A DNA stretch of 64,000 nt from Azolla caroliniana (lineage: Eukaryota; Plantae; Polypodiophyta). Location of the stretch: NCBI GenBank assembly GCA_043228905.1, contig JBHGNT010000020.1, forward strand, positions 496,001-560,000, given 5' to 3'. Positions 51,001 to 63,099 of this stretch are shown piece by piece (the stretch's first letter is position 1; each line of letters starts with the position of its first letter). Made by a program: the position numbers and the translations under genes. The notes beneath the pieces are model-generated. The model was not told the DNA's origin and ran no database searches. It saw nothing but the letters and a program-made list of their open reading frames with translations.

Positions 51001-52813
51001 ATAATAATGGTCATGATTGTAAATAACCCATATTGTGTATTCGTATAAATACACCCAGGGCAAACAGATATGTTGTGAGGTTGTAGAGTGTGAGAGCAAG
51101 AGAGAGTCAAAAAGAGAGCGGCACCATAGCTAAGTGAGCTTGGATGTCAAGAACCCTTTGCGGTTGAGACACTCGGTTTCAGAGTGTTGTATTGTGTGAT
51201 CTCACCTTGTACTTCTCTCTATATAGTGGAATATCTGTTCCCTTGGTTTTTTCCCTCGTTTAGGGTTTCCACTTAAATCATTGTGTAATGCGGATTTGTT
51301 GTTTCCATGTGTGTTGTGTATCTCCGAGTTAGTCTTTCTAACAAATTTGACATTCGACTCTCAACACTCTATGCCTTTGATTCCGCTCTTGTTGGCCGCC
51401 GCTATTGCATGCCGACCCACCTCATTCTCCATGCCCACAAGGCCGATCCAGCTCCGTGTACAACATCCAATTGTCCGATTGAGTGGTCCTCGACCCACTC
51501 ACGTGGTTTTCTTTGACCATCAACATCGATTGCAAGTTGAAGAAGGACGGTGGATTCTCCCGGGTGCAAATCGCCATCTGGATAGGCCCATATGTCTGCG
51601 TTAGACCACCGAGGCAGATCTGCACCATCTCATCTTCGTCCACCATCACATTGATGGACCCTAGTGCGTCACTGATCTCCTTGATCTTGATGGTGTAGTT
51701 CGTAACTGACATGTCCCTTTGCCGAATGTCGTTGAGCTCTTGCACGAGTTGCAACTTTCGGGCCATGGTATTGGCGACGAAAATCTTTTCCAGATTTTCC
51801 CAGGCTTCTTTCAGTGACTTCATGTCTCTAATGTAGTTGAGCATCTGATCATGCACACAGGATGCGAGGTAGTACAACACCCTGCTCGCTCTTTGTTCCC
51901 ATACCGGGAAGTCCTTTTGTGCCGGCTCCGGCGCTACTTCGTTCGCTCCTTCTATATACTTACACAACTTTCTGTCTATTTACATATGTAGCCCTCATGG
52001 GGCGCACACTTAGACTATTTACAGATATAGTCTCCCGAGTTGGCTATTTACATGATTCCGGTTTCGGCCGAGGCTGACAGGCCTCGGCCGAGTCCCTCAT
52101 CAACTCGGCTCCTCGACTATCGGCTTTCCAGACGGTCGGATCTTCCTCCCACTAGAGGGACATATTTCCCAACACCTTCGAAATAACTTCAGTAACCGTG
52201 CCCCATCGGGTACTGGTGCATCTTGTACAACCAAGATGCATAATTGTTCTTGTCGAGCTTGCCATCCCTCTATCCATATCTTCTTTCTGTTCTTACTGGG
52301 TGTTAGGTTTGGGTTTGTCTTTGACGAATTGCTTGTCGACAACAGAGGATTCTCAACCCTCACGCTCTGATACCATATGAAAATGAATGTGCGGAAGCTT
52401 AGACAAACTGGCTCAGTCGGATAGCAACACAAAATAGAACTAAGGTTTAATTGAAAGCTTAACCTACACACATAGAGAGTACGCAAGAGAGACAGAGCGA
52501 GCAGAAAAGCATAAAACTCATTTAATTACAAAATTCAATCTGTACATACAATGTGCTATGTGAGCACTTTTATACAAGTCCTTAAAAGGACTGACAGAAG
52601 TACTCACAAGCACTTCAATGCTCGTACTGAGCTACTAACACTAACTCTTAGGATAACTACCTAGTCTAGGAGTGTAGGCCTCCAACGGCCTACCGGTTCG
52701 CACGTGGGTCCGGCTCTCCGATCCGGACATCGATCTGACTCTTGGTTCCGGATACCGATCAAGCTCTAGCTTACTCAGTCGATCCGGATCAGGTTGAGCT
52801 TGTCCGCTCAACA
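48063..52813 (-). mobile_element. 5' half of a Ty1/copia element (copia E), interrupted by copia D
   Basis: LTR 52378-52813; PBS TGGTATCAGAGC 52364-52375; UBN2-like gag 51422-51967; CCHC near 48545-48580; protease WYVDSGVSNHM (48057-48410). Confidence 0.85.
48673..51366 (+). mobile_element. Non-autonomous, internally deleted Ty1/copia (copia D)
   Basis: TSD CTCTA. LTRs 48673-49262 and 50740-51366; PBS TGGTATCAGAGC 49266-49277; PPT before 50740. Gag/CCHC and protease WVIDSGASFH joined at ~50210 to RNaseH. Confidence 0.93.
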
Positions 52814-53508
52814 ATCCCCCTTCTAATATATATATATATATATATGTATATGGGTTAGATGCAGATAACTAGGTTAGAAATGACAGGCATTGGTATTGCA
52901 AGAGATCTTCGATGACAACCTCTTCGATTCCGGTGCAGACTGCGCGAGAGTTTTGAAAAGCATGACTCTAAACGATCGTCCATTTTTACAGATCACCTTG
53001 CTGCACGTAATTACTATTTGGTCTGAGATAGAGACACGCATATGTGTAGTATCAGGTAATTTTAACCCTAACCCGAGATATATGTATGGGTGCCCCCCGC
53101 CCCCCCTCCCCCCTGAATTGGCGAGAGAACCCTAAATCGCACAGGGATCCATTAGGTCTGGATCGAAGGGATATATGATAAATTTGGGATTTATGATTAA
53201 GTTTAGGATAAATTTGGGATGTATGATAAACTTGGATGAAATATCTAGTTACAGACTTTACCATTGGTCTGATTTTTTACTGCTCCTCCTGTCTATCCAC
53301 TGCTCTCCATTTGTGTGTGATTCTTCCTTCATCTTTGTAGAAAAGGAAGGAGCCCAGATCGAACAAAATAGAAAGGAAAAGAAACTCCCTCGGTCTGGCT
53401 CTTCTTCCGTATCGCCCAGGTGGAGGAGATGGAGATGGAGCTCCTTTCGCCCATCTCCATATCTTCTCTTCTCCTCTAAACCCTTCCTTATTCATCAAGC
53501 TGCAGAAA

Positions 53509-55387
53509 ATGCATCCATCTCTTCAACCTTTTAAGGTTCTACTCTCTTCGATTCGCTCCTTCAACAAACCCCCCAACTTCCATACATCAGGTAACCCTAA
53601 CCCTAACCCTAACCCTAAATATATGGACCCTAAAATTGGCGACAACCAGAAATGTATAGCCTAATCTTTTACCCTAAGTTTGTAAACCTGTAGACTCCCA
53701 GACGTAATCCTACACCTGCCTCTAAACCAACCCTCAACCCTAAACCAAACTCTAAATTTGTAACCCTAATCCTAACTCTAAATTTATAAAACGAACTCTA
53801 ATACGAAATGTTGCACTTAAACCTACATTTGTTACCAATTCCCTAAATTTATACACCTTAACTTTTACCCTGAATGTGTAATCTTAACCCTAAATTGTTT
53901 TCCTAGGAAGGTATTCAAGGGCTTTTTCACGCATCGGTTCTTCTGATCATCGATATCATGAAGAAAAAGAAGAAGAAGTTGTTATTGCATTGGGTAGCAA
54001 CATGGGTGATCGAGTCTCGAACTTCGACAAGGCTCTCAGGATGATGAAGAAATCGGGTATTTCAGTTATTTGTCATTCAGGTTTATATGAATCTGCCCCT
54101 GCATATGTTACAAATCAACCCAAGTTTCTCAATTCAGCTGTAAAAGCCCGAACCCGGCTCGATCCTGATGCACTCCTCATAGCACTGAAGAATATAGAAT
54201 CTACCCTTGGCCGCGTGTTTGGGACCCTTAGATATGGGCCTAGGGCCATAGATCTAGACATACTTTTCTATGGTGAAAGGGTAGTATGTGAAGAGCATCT
54301 CAAGCTACCACATCCTCTTATATGGGAAAGACCATTTGTCTTGGCACCTTTGATGGATCTGTACAATACGAATGTCGAGCGGACGGACAACGTTTGGACC
54401 AAGCGATTCAAGCGAGCAAGAGATGCGTGGAAACAACTTGGAGATGACGAAAAACTATTACTCAATCCCGATGGCCTCAAACAAGTGATCCCGATCCCGA
54501 ACTCTTCGGGTAATGAGCTCTGGAACTGGCGTGATAAGACCTATCTGATGGGCATTTTGAATATCACTCCCGACAGCTTTAGTGATGGTGGCCGATACTT
54601 TTCGGTCCGAGATGCGGTCCATCGAGCCGAATCATTGGCCTCGGAAGGGGCCCACATTATTGACCTCGGGGCCCAATCTACACGCCCCAATGCCACTAAG
54701 CTTAGTAGCGAGGAAGAGCTCGCTCGCCTAGTCCCCATTTTAGATGCCATTCGAGATCTCCCCTCAATGAAATCTATATGGCTTTCGGTCGATACGTTCT
54801 GCTCTAAAGTCGCGAGAGAAGTCGTAACGAAGCATGGTGTCCATATGGTCAACGATGTGTCCGGTGGAACCCTAGATTCCGAAATGTATGCCACGGTGGC
54901 GGAACTAGGTGTTCCTTATGTTCTAATGCATATGAGAGGAGACCCGAGAACCATGCAAAAGGCATGTAATGTCAAGTATGACGATGTGACGGAAGACGTA
55001 ACAAAAGAGCTATGTGTTCGTCTCGAGAAAGCCGAATCGTTTGGTATTCCATCTTGGCGGATTATCGTCGATCCAGGGTTAGGGTTCTCGAAGACTGCCC
55101 AACAAAACTTGGATTTGCTCGGGAACCTTTCTAAGGTAAGGTCGGGGCTCTCAAAGTGGAGCTTGGCGGCCTCGAAGGCACCTATGCTTCTCGGGCCCTC
55201 GAGGAAGAGCTTTTTAGGTAAAATATGCGGGCGTGAAAAAGCTGAGGATCGTGATGTTGCGACCATTGGTGCGGCGGTTGCCGGGGTTGCCCAAGGGGCT
55301 AATATCTTACGCCTTCATAATATCAAGGCCAGTGCTGATGCTATACATGTGGCTGATGCAATTTTCAAGGCCAAGAGTCTGGAATAG
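53509..55387 (+). CDS. HPPK-DHPS: Bifunctional HPPK-DHPS folate biosynthesis enzyme, probably mitochondrial; exons 53509-53590 and 53907-55387 (~520 aa)
   Basis: HPPK: VIALGSN, FLNSAV, RYGPRAIDLDILFY, LPHP. DHPS: ILNITPDSFSDGG, SVDT, VNDVSGG, LMHMRG, IVDPGLGF, SRKSF, RLHN. GT-AG intron 53591-53906 keeps frame; Ser/Arg-rich N-terminal extension. Confidence 0.95.
53592..53895. repeat. (TAACCC)4 and degenerate telo-box/AACCCTA motifs filling HPPK-DHPS intron 1
   Basis: GTAACCCTAACCCTAACCCTAACCCTAAAT at 53591-53620 plus many ACCCTAA-like copies downstream. Confidence 0.85.
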
Positions 55388-55419
55388 AAATATATAAAAG
55401 AGTTTTCAAATCTTTTTAT

Positions 55420-55866
55420 ACTTCTCAAATCTTTCATAAGAGTTGGCATTATATTTTTTGAGATAGTATTGAGTATTGATAATCTTCTCAAATCTTTCAT
55501 AAGAGTTGGGCATTATATTTTTTGAGATAGTATACTATTGAGTATTGATAATCTTATTCATTCTTGGTATTTGTTGGGATGTGGTATGGCCAAACATGGT
55601 TGCTTTTGGCAATGGATAGGAGATATTTAGGTCGATATATCAATTTGTGTGGCATGCTTGATAACGCTGGGGCCCGATAAAGGTAAGTGTGATGGTTTTC
55701 TCCCTCAACATTCGGTATTTGTTGGGTATGAGGTATGGCCAAACATGGTTGCTTTTGGCAATGGATAGGAGATACTTAGGTCGATATATCAATTCGTGAG
55801 GCATGCTTGATAACGTTGGGACCCGATAAAGGTAAGTGGTGGTTTTTTCACCCCCAACATTCGGTA
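55420..55866. repeat. Two tandem duplications (~63 bp and ~152 bp) downstream of the HPPK-DHPS stop
   Basis: CTTCTCAAATCTTTCATAAGAGTTGG twice; GGTATTTGTTGGG..GGTATGGCCAAACATGG..CAACATTCGGTA twice. Confidence 0.85.
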
Positions 55867-57124
55867 CATATTTAGGTTGATATCAGTTTGTGAGAAGCAT
55901 GAGGTTATTAGTTCAATCCACGGATAAATATAGTAGTAACCTATTATATTGAGGTCATTATGTGTTTATGTGCTAAACAAATTCGGTCACTTAAGAAAAA
56001 GTGTTTCGAAAAGGCCATGTTACGAACTCAGAATATGACGACGTGAGATTGTTGAGAATTGTATAAACTTGTGAATCTAAAGTGAAAGGTGGTCCAAAGG
56101 CCACAATTTCTTGGTACCATTGTACGTTGTGTGCAAAGGTTCACTACAATCGGCAAACTTAAGCTCTATATGTATGTAGGTTAGAGGGTATAAACTCCTA
56201 AGAATGCCATTTTGTACTTGTAGTCATTTTTATGACTGCCAAATGCCTTATTTATAACATGCATTCTCGTCTTCGCACAATCCTTTTGCTTTTGGAATTG
56301 CATAGCTGTTTGAGCTGAAATCAATCAAATCGAAACCATTTAAACCAAATGGTTTAAGGGAGTAAGTAGTTTAAGATATTTACAAACTGTTAACGCTATT
56401 GAGTTAGGGTTTCATGGTTAGGTGCATATCAATATTTTGTATTAATTTAAATTGCAATATTTTTTAACAAAGTTCTCCAAGCTAGTAAAGCAGAAAATAT
56501 TGGATCTCAAATGTTATAACTTATGTTAATAGGCTATAGCTGGGAACCTCATAAAATTAATTCATATTTAATAAATATTACTAACCCTAAATCATTAATA
56601 AAATTAATTCATATTTAATAAATATTTCTAACCCTAAATAATTAAGCCGATAAAGGTTCAAACCGAACCCTTGAATCTCCAACCCAAAGTGAATCCTAAC
56701 CGATATTTTTGCGATATCTGAGACTTGAACCAAACTATTTAAATAGTTAAGCCCGTCAGCAACAACTTTTGTTGTTTGATTAAGCTCATATGGAACTATT
56801 GCCGATTGCTTGGGGCAATATAATTTCGAAGTGCGATACTTTATCCCTTGGTTGAAGAATTACACAAAACGTAATGTTGCTAATCTTTTATTGCATCTAT
56901 GGTTGCTCTAATAAATTTTCACTGCATCTAAAAATATTGAGCAAAGATGACCCTTTTTCTATAGCAATTGTGAGTCACATATTTTTTCATGACAAAAACA
57001 TCGTTGTGCTATGATTGGGTGATGTTGTTAATACTTAAATTAAAAATAACTTAAGAAAGAAGGCAATTTTGAAGAATATCAAAATTTTTAAAATACTATA
57101 ATGTGTTAAGTTGATGGATTGAAG

Positions 57125-57405
57125 CATAGTATGAACCATACGTACCATACGTGCATTCGCGAATGTTTCAATCATTCACGTGAGAAAAACACCCTCAAAG
57201 AATGATAAATACCATACTTTTGGATTAACTATTTATTATGAGGTAAATAAGCCAAAAAATGAAAAGAAAAACATTAAAAAAATGGGGGGGGGAAAAAAAA
57301 CACACACACACACACAGAGAAGAATGTTTGAATAACATTCGCATTCGTTTTCCAACGTATGAAAACGAATGTTATGCCAGGCGAACACGAATTTTACGTA
57401 CTATG
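57125..57405. mobile_element. hAT-type MITE (CATAG...CTATG)
   Basis: Perfect 8-bp TSD GATTGAAG; termini CATAGTA / TACTATG; ends shared with 59908-60963. Confidence 0.88.
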
Positions 57406-59589
57406 GATTGAAGCTTTATTCAAAACACCCAATCACTATATTTTTTATATGTATTACTTTCAAAGATTTAATACATCAATGACCATTAACCAAATTCTCA
57501 ATTACAAGCCACACAAATAGAAACTCCAACGGGAAAATATTTATTGCGCTTATGCCAATGTTTTGCATTAGGTACAATCGGTTTTATTGCATTGAAAGAA
57601 GTGGGAATGTGGCAAAATGTGTACATATTCAAATGTTTGCAATGATTGTATGGTATTATAATTGAAATTAAGTTGGTATAACGGTTACAATGTGAGTATA
57701 CCTAAGTATGATAATGAGGTGATAGAAACCAAGATTTGATGATAGGCAAAATTCAACTTGCTCATAACCTTTCCTAAGCAATCGAAGCTAAGGCTACACA
57801 TTAATTATATACAGTTTCACACATTTCTACATGGTTCAATACAACAAGTTTTCAACGTATTTGAGTGCAACAAGTTTTAAATATTTCAATGCAAATTAGT
57901 TTTAAATATTTCTGAATGTGGGAAATAACCAAACTCACCTAATGTAAGACATTGGCATTGCAAAAGCATTTTTTAAATATGTATGTATGTATATAATATA
58001 TGTGTATATAGTAAAAAATTAAAACGCATAAATAGGCACTCATGCATCTAAATAACATACTTGCTATGCAATCATATCAATAGACCTACAAAAGGTCAAC
58101 ATAAAAATAAATGGGGATGCACTTAGGTAATCCACCTAGCACAATGGTAGTTACTTAGTCATGATGATGACTAAGCTGATGGAATTGAAAGCACTAAATA
58201 TGTTTTGACCTTTTTGCTTCTTCTTTGTGACTTGGGGAATGTTTTCAAATGATTCATCCATTTACTTTAGTGCCTTTTGGGTCTTAACTTCATCATAGCT
58301 TTGCAACTAAACTCATAATTAAGATGGCAATCCAACTACTATCCACAGAGAATAAATATTATATTCAAAACTAAATTCTATTTAATTTCTTATACAAGTA
58401 ACTATTGAATGTTGTCTATGTGAAGCTAATCCAATGATATCACTACATAAATGGTGTGACAATGAGCAAATATCACTTGTGTTCATTTGGTGGATTGTTC
58501 CTCGAGTGGTGTATCGATTCTCCCCCTTACCCTCTACCCTATACAATCATCAAACTTGATCAGGATACTGGCATGTAACAAAGTGGCTAGTGGTAGTGCT
58601 AAGGAAAAAGGGAAAAGTGTCTTTATTTATGAATTTGTAATGCAACAAGTAGAAGGAGAATTGTTACTATATATTGATTCCCTCTTTCAAAACACTATCC
58701 TTCCTTTTTAGTACATTCAGAGTCCATTGAGGAAATGGAATGAGAGAAAGGATACTACTTTTGGTATACTACTATTACCCTTTCACTATTAAAAGGTGTT
58801 AGGAATTAAGTAATTAACTACGGGTTAATTAGTACCTAATTATGTGATTGAGCACTGGAAGATTATGTGATGTGTGTATGTATGTGAGAGGAAGAGAGAA
58901 ATAACACTTATGAACAACAAGACAAGATAGGGGATGATTAACTATATTAAAAAGTATCATCAAATACAAAAATACCCACAATGAGGTATGTATACATCTC
59001 ATGTGTAAAGGTGCACATGTGTGAGTAGAATATAGGTACAAAGGTGCAAGTCCTATATTAAATGAACATGGGAGTGATGGATCTACAATGTATCCCACTT
59101 AAGTACAAAATCCTATTTAAGGCTTTAAGGTTAACACACTAACTAGATTCTATCTAGGTAACTACTAAGTTACGTGTGTTGACTAACTAACTAAACTAAG
59201 TTGAGCTTCATATCTCAACAAAAGGGAACAAGGAAGCGAAAAAGGGGTTCCTTGGCTTTTTTTCGTTTTCATAATTTTGGGAGCTTCACCTATTGAAGAG
59301 AGGAGTGTTTTAGGGTTTTGGGGGGTTTTGGTCTTTCTCCCCTCTTCTAGCTACTTCTCCTAAATTTTAGGGTTTTGAGATTTTGGAGAATTTAGGGTTT
59401 GAGTTTAAGAGTCGAATGTCCTTTATCTTTATTGTTTTTTGTTGTCCTATGAAGGGAGTTGAGGGTTTGGAAAGGTTTGGTTGAATAATAGGAGAAATTT
59501 AGGGTTAGGGGTTGGTTTTGTTTGTGAAGAATTGAAAGAGTTGAACAAAGAAGTTCAAGAGGGAGAAGATCGAAACAAGGAGTGGGAAG

Positions 59590-60073
59590 CAAGGTAGGAA
59601 TTTGATGGGTGTCATACCATCGAAGGCCATTTTGCCCGTAAAAAACACACACATAATAAAAATGCCTGTCAAGTGACATATAAAGTTTAAATATCCATTT
59701 TTCATGCAAAAGACCCCTACAAATTATGCATGTCAAATGACATGTTAAAATTCTATTTTCCATGTCATATATATTATATACATATACATATGTCACTTAT
59801 TATAGATATGAAGTGTGTATTATAATATATTAATACTATATAAAAAAATTTCCAAAAAATTATATGTTTTTTATAACACGCTTAAAATAATATCATTATC
59901 ATGTAATCATAGAACGTAATATTCGTGTTTGTGGAGGCATCCAAACGTTTGAATATGTTTGGAAACGAACACATTTGAAACGGGAAAAATGCGTGTTCCT
60001 TTTTTTCCCCCTTATTTGTATTTTTTTTTTTAAAGTGATGTTGTTTCTCTGTCTCGCTCCCTCCCCCCCCCCC

Positions 60074-60111
<38 letters not shown>

Positions 60112-61460
60112 GACTTTGTTGCAGGCCTTGCCCCAACATCTTCATTGCATTAGCTACATCATACAACTTGCCCAAATATTCCAAAATTGTATGTAAAACA
60201 GACTTGCTTCTGTCTTCATCAGTAAGTCCTCAATTCTCTGTAGCTTTGCTCTACAATTTTTGTGGATTTTAGGTTATCAAATGGGTAGACAAAAGGGTGA
60301 GAGGACAAGGCGTGGAGAAATGTAAACATGCAAGTAATGATGTAAAACAACAAATCAAGAGATTAATGGGGATTGCAAGTGAGGAAGTTGTTTCAAATGT
60401 CGATGCACCTATTCGAAATGAAAATCAAAGTATTGCTTCTGCATTGATTTTTGAAAATGAAATGCATAATGTATCTCAACCTCAAGCATATATAATGTAT
60501 CTCAAAATGAAATTACAATGGAAATGGTTGATAAAGAGGAAGATGCTGAAAGGTTATTGAACTTGCAAAAAGAGCGAGAAATTTTACATACTGAAAATTC
60601 AAATGATATCCTCAATAGTATGCAAGATGAGGATATTGAAGACAATTATGTTGTTGGTAGTAATGAGGCACATTCTAGTGAGAATCATGAAACAAATTAC
60701 TACGTCAATTGAACTAGTAGAATTTTTTGTTAGTGTCATATTTTCTTCATATTCTCGAATATAAGCTTTATGAGTTTTTGAATGTTTGATGATAGTTTAT
60801 AATGACATAGTCCACTTGTTGGGATTGAGAGTAAATCAATATATAATATAGACCATATTCAATCCAATCAAACGTGTCAATCCAATCCAACTTTGAGATG
60901 ATTTACCATACACGTATGATTGAATCATTCACGAATGCGAATGTACGTATGGTTCATTCTATGCATGTAATAATGATATATATTCTCAAATATTTATTCT
61001 TAATTTCTTTACTAATAATATTAGTTGAAATTTGATTGAAATTTTAAACAATAACCTTTATTAAATACATACTTTAAGAGTGTATAACTCTAGGTTTGAT
61101 TTTAATGTTTTAAATTTTAAGTTAAAACTAAATTTTTTTACTTACATAAAATTTTAAGTTAAAAACTAAATTTTTACTAACTTTTTTTTCATACTTATTA
61201 TGTATTTCATTATCTTTGTGAGGTAGTTATGTTTATTTGTGCATCTTTGTGCACTTTCTATAGTAATGAAATGTATAACAGTGAAGCATCATATAGAACT
61301 TTCATTGTTAAAATTGGTAAAGCATCATATAGAACTTTCATTATTAAAATTTGTATGTCAAATGACATGTTAGTTTTTGCACTATTGTGTCATATGACAT
61401 ACATCTTTAAAAAATGCCCGTCAAAAAACTTTTATACTAACCCGTCAAATTCAGGCCCTG
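59590..61460. mobile_element. Non-autonomous hAT-type element, copy 1 (interrupted by 59908-60963)
   Basis: TSD GTGGGAAG (59582-59589 / 61461-61468); TIRs CAAGGTAGGAATTTGATGGG / CCCGTCAAATTCAGGCCCTG. Confidence 0.9.
59908..60963 (+). mobile_element. hAT deletion derivative of the CATAG...CTATG family
   Basis: TSD CATGTAAT; termini shared in reverse orientation with 57125-57405; peptide GVEKCKHASNDVKQQI resembles the tail of an hAT BED finger. Confidence 0.85.
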
Positions 61461-61540
61461 GTGGGAAGATACATTAGGAAAAGGTGTGCAACAATAGGTT
61501 AAAGCTTGGGCCACAAAAACATAACAATCTTTCTCCCAAC

Positions 61541-62362
61541 CAGGGCCTGAATTTGACGGGTTAGAATAAAAGTTTTTTGACGGGCATTTTTTAAAGATGT
61601 ATGTCATATGACACAAGAGTACAAAAACTAACATGTCATTTGACATACAAATTTTAATAATGAAAGTTCTATATGATGCTTTACCAAATTTAATAATAAA
61701 AGTTCTATATGATGCTTTATCGTTATACATTTCATTACTATAGAAAGTGCACAAAGATGCACAAATAAACATAACTACCTAACAAAGATAATGAAATACA
61801 TAAAATTAATATCACGTTAATGTTTTTACTAATAAGTATGAAAAAAAAGTTAGTAAAAATTCAGTTTTAACATAAAATTTTATGTAAGTAAAAAAATTTA
61901 GTTTTAAATTAAAACTTAAAACATTAAAATCAAACCTAGAGTTATACACTCTTAAAGTATGTATTTAATAAAGGGTATTGTTTAAAATTTCAATTAATAC
62001 TATTAGTAAAAAAATTAAGAATAAATATTTGAGAATATATACCATTATTACATGATAATGATATTATTTTAAGCGTGTTATAAAAAACATATAATTTTTT
62101 GGAATTTTTTTATATAGTATTAATATATTATAATACACACTTCATATATATAATAAGTGACATATGTATATGTATACAATATATATGACATGGAAAATAG
62201 AATTTTAACATGTCATTGACATGCATAATTTGTAGGGGCCTTTTGCATGAAAAATGGATATTTAAACTTCATATGTCACTTGACGGGCATTTTTATTATG
62301 TGTTTGTTTTTTACGGGTAAATTGGCCATCGATGGTATGACACCCATCAAATTCCTGCCCTG
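61541..62362. mobile_element. Non-autonomous hAT-type element, copy 2 (inverted relative to copy 1)
   Basis: TSD CTCCCAAC (61533-61540 / 62363-62370); TIRs CAGGGCCTGAATTTGACGGG / CCCATCAAATTCCTGCCCTG; reverse complement of copy 1. Confidence 0.9.
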
Positions 62363-63099
62363 CTCCCAACCTATCTCTTTATATTAGGTTACTTCCACCC
62401 TATGTAAGGGATCCAAATGTAGTTAAATCAACAGATTAGGTTTTCTTGGAACTATTTAATCTTGCTTTGCCATCAAATTTATGTTCTTTTGTTCTTGGTT
62501 GGAGAGGCATGAATGGAAAGAAAGTTGAGAGGCATCGATAAAATGATCTAGAGATGTGCATACTCTAGTGGATTCTAGAATATACAAGAACAACTATCCA
62601 ATGTAATATATAAATTTCTTTTTAATATAATAAATGATTAATAGCCAAATGGTTAAAGTTGTTCCTTGTGTGGGGAAGGGTTTCATTTTGAATATTAGTG
62701 GGTGCATTGTTGTGATGTGGTGAGTGCAAAAGTAAAAAAATGGAATACAAAGGGGATTTGCCACAACATTGGGACATTTGAAGTAGGTAATATGTCGCAT
62801 TTTAAAAATTGTTCGTCAAAAAAGGTACAAAATAGGTTGATTCACAAAAAGGGGTGTTGCATGCGTAATTGATTTTAAAAAAAGACCCAAAAATATATTG
62901 ATTTTTTGCATGTCCAAAATTGTAGGTCTTTCAAAAAATGCCTAAATAATAGACATGCCAAACTTACAAAAGAATGTACAAAATGACTACCACCTATATA
63001 CATATTCGTTAATTGACATTTTGATGTACAATACAATATCTATTATTAGATCATGTGTCAAAACTATTGCTTTCCAAGTCTATGCCATCATTTTCAGAC

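Noticed and set aside
53509-55387. HPPK-DHPS as a recent bacterial horizontal transfer because of its long uninterrupted exon
   Set aside because: The fusion with a transit peptide and few introns is the normal plant arrangement, and a spliceosomal intron is present.
56145-56810. Relic of the 9823-10298 MITE family (CAATCGGCAA...TTGCCGATTG)
   Set aside because: Only a 10-bp inverted match and no TSD found.
59583-62368. Single fold-back/MULE element or miRNA precursor
   Set aside because: Each arm has its own TIRs and 8-bp TSD, so it is two insertions. The ORFs 61229-61477 and 61437-61772 are mirror artefacts.
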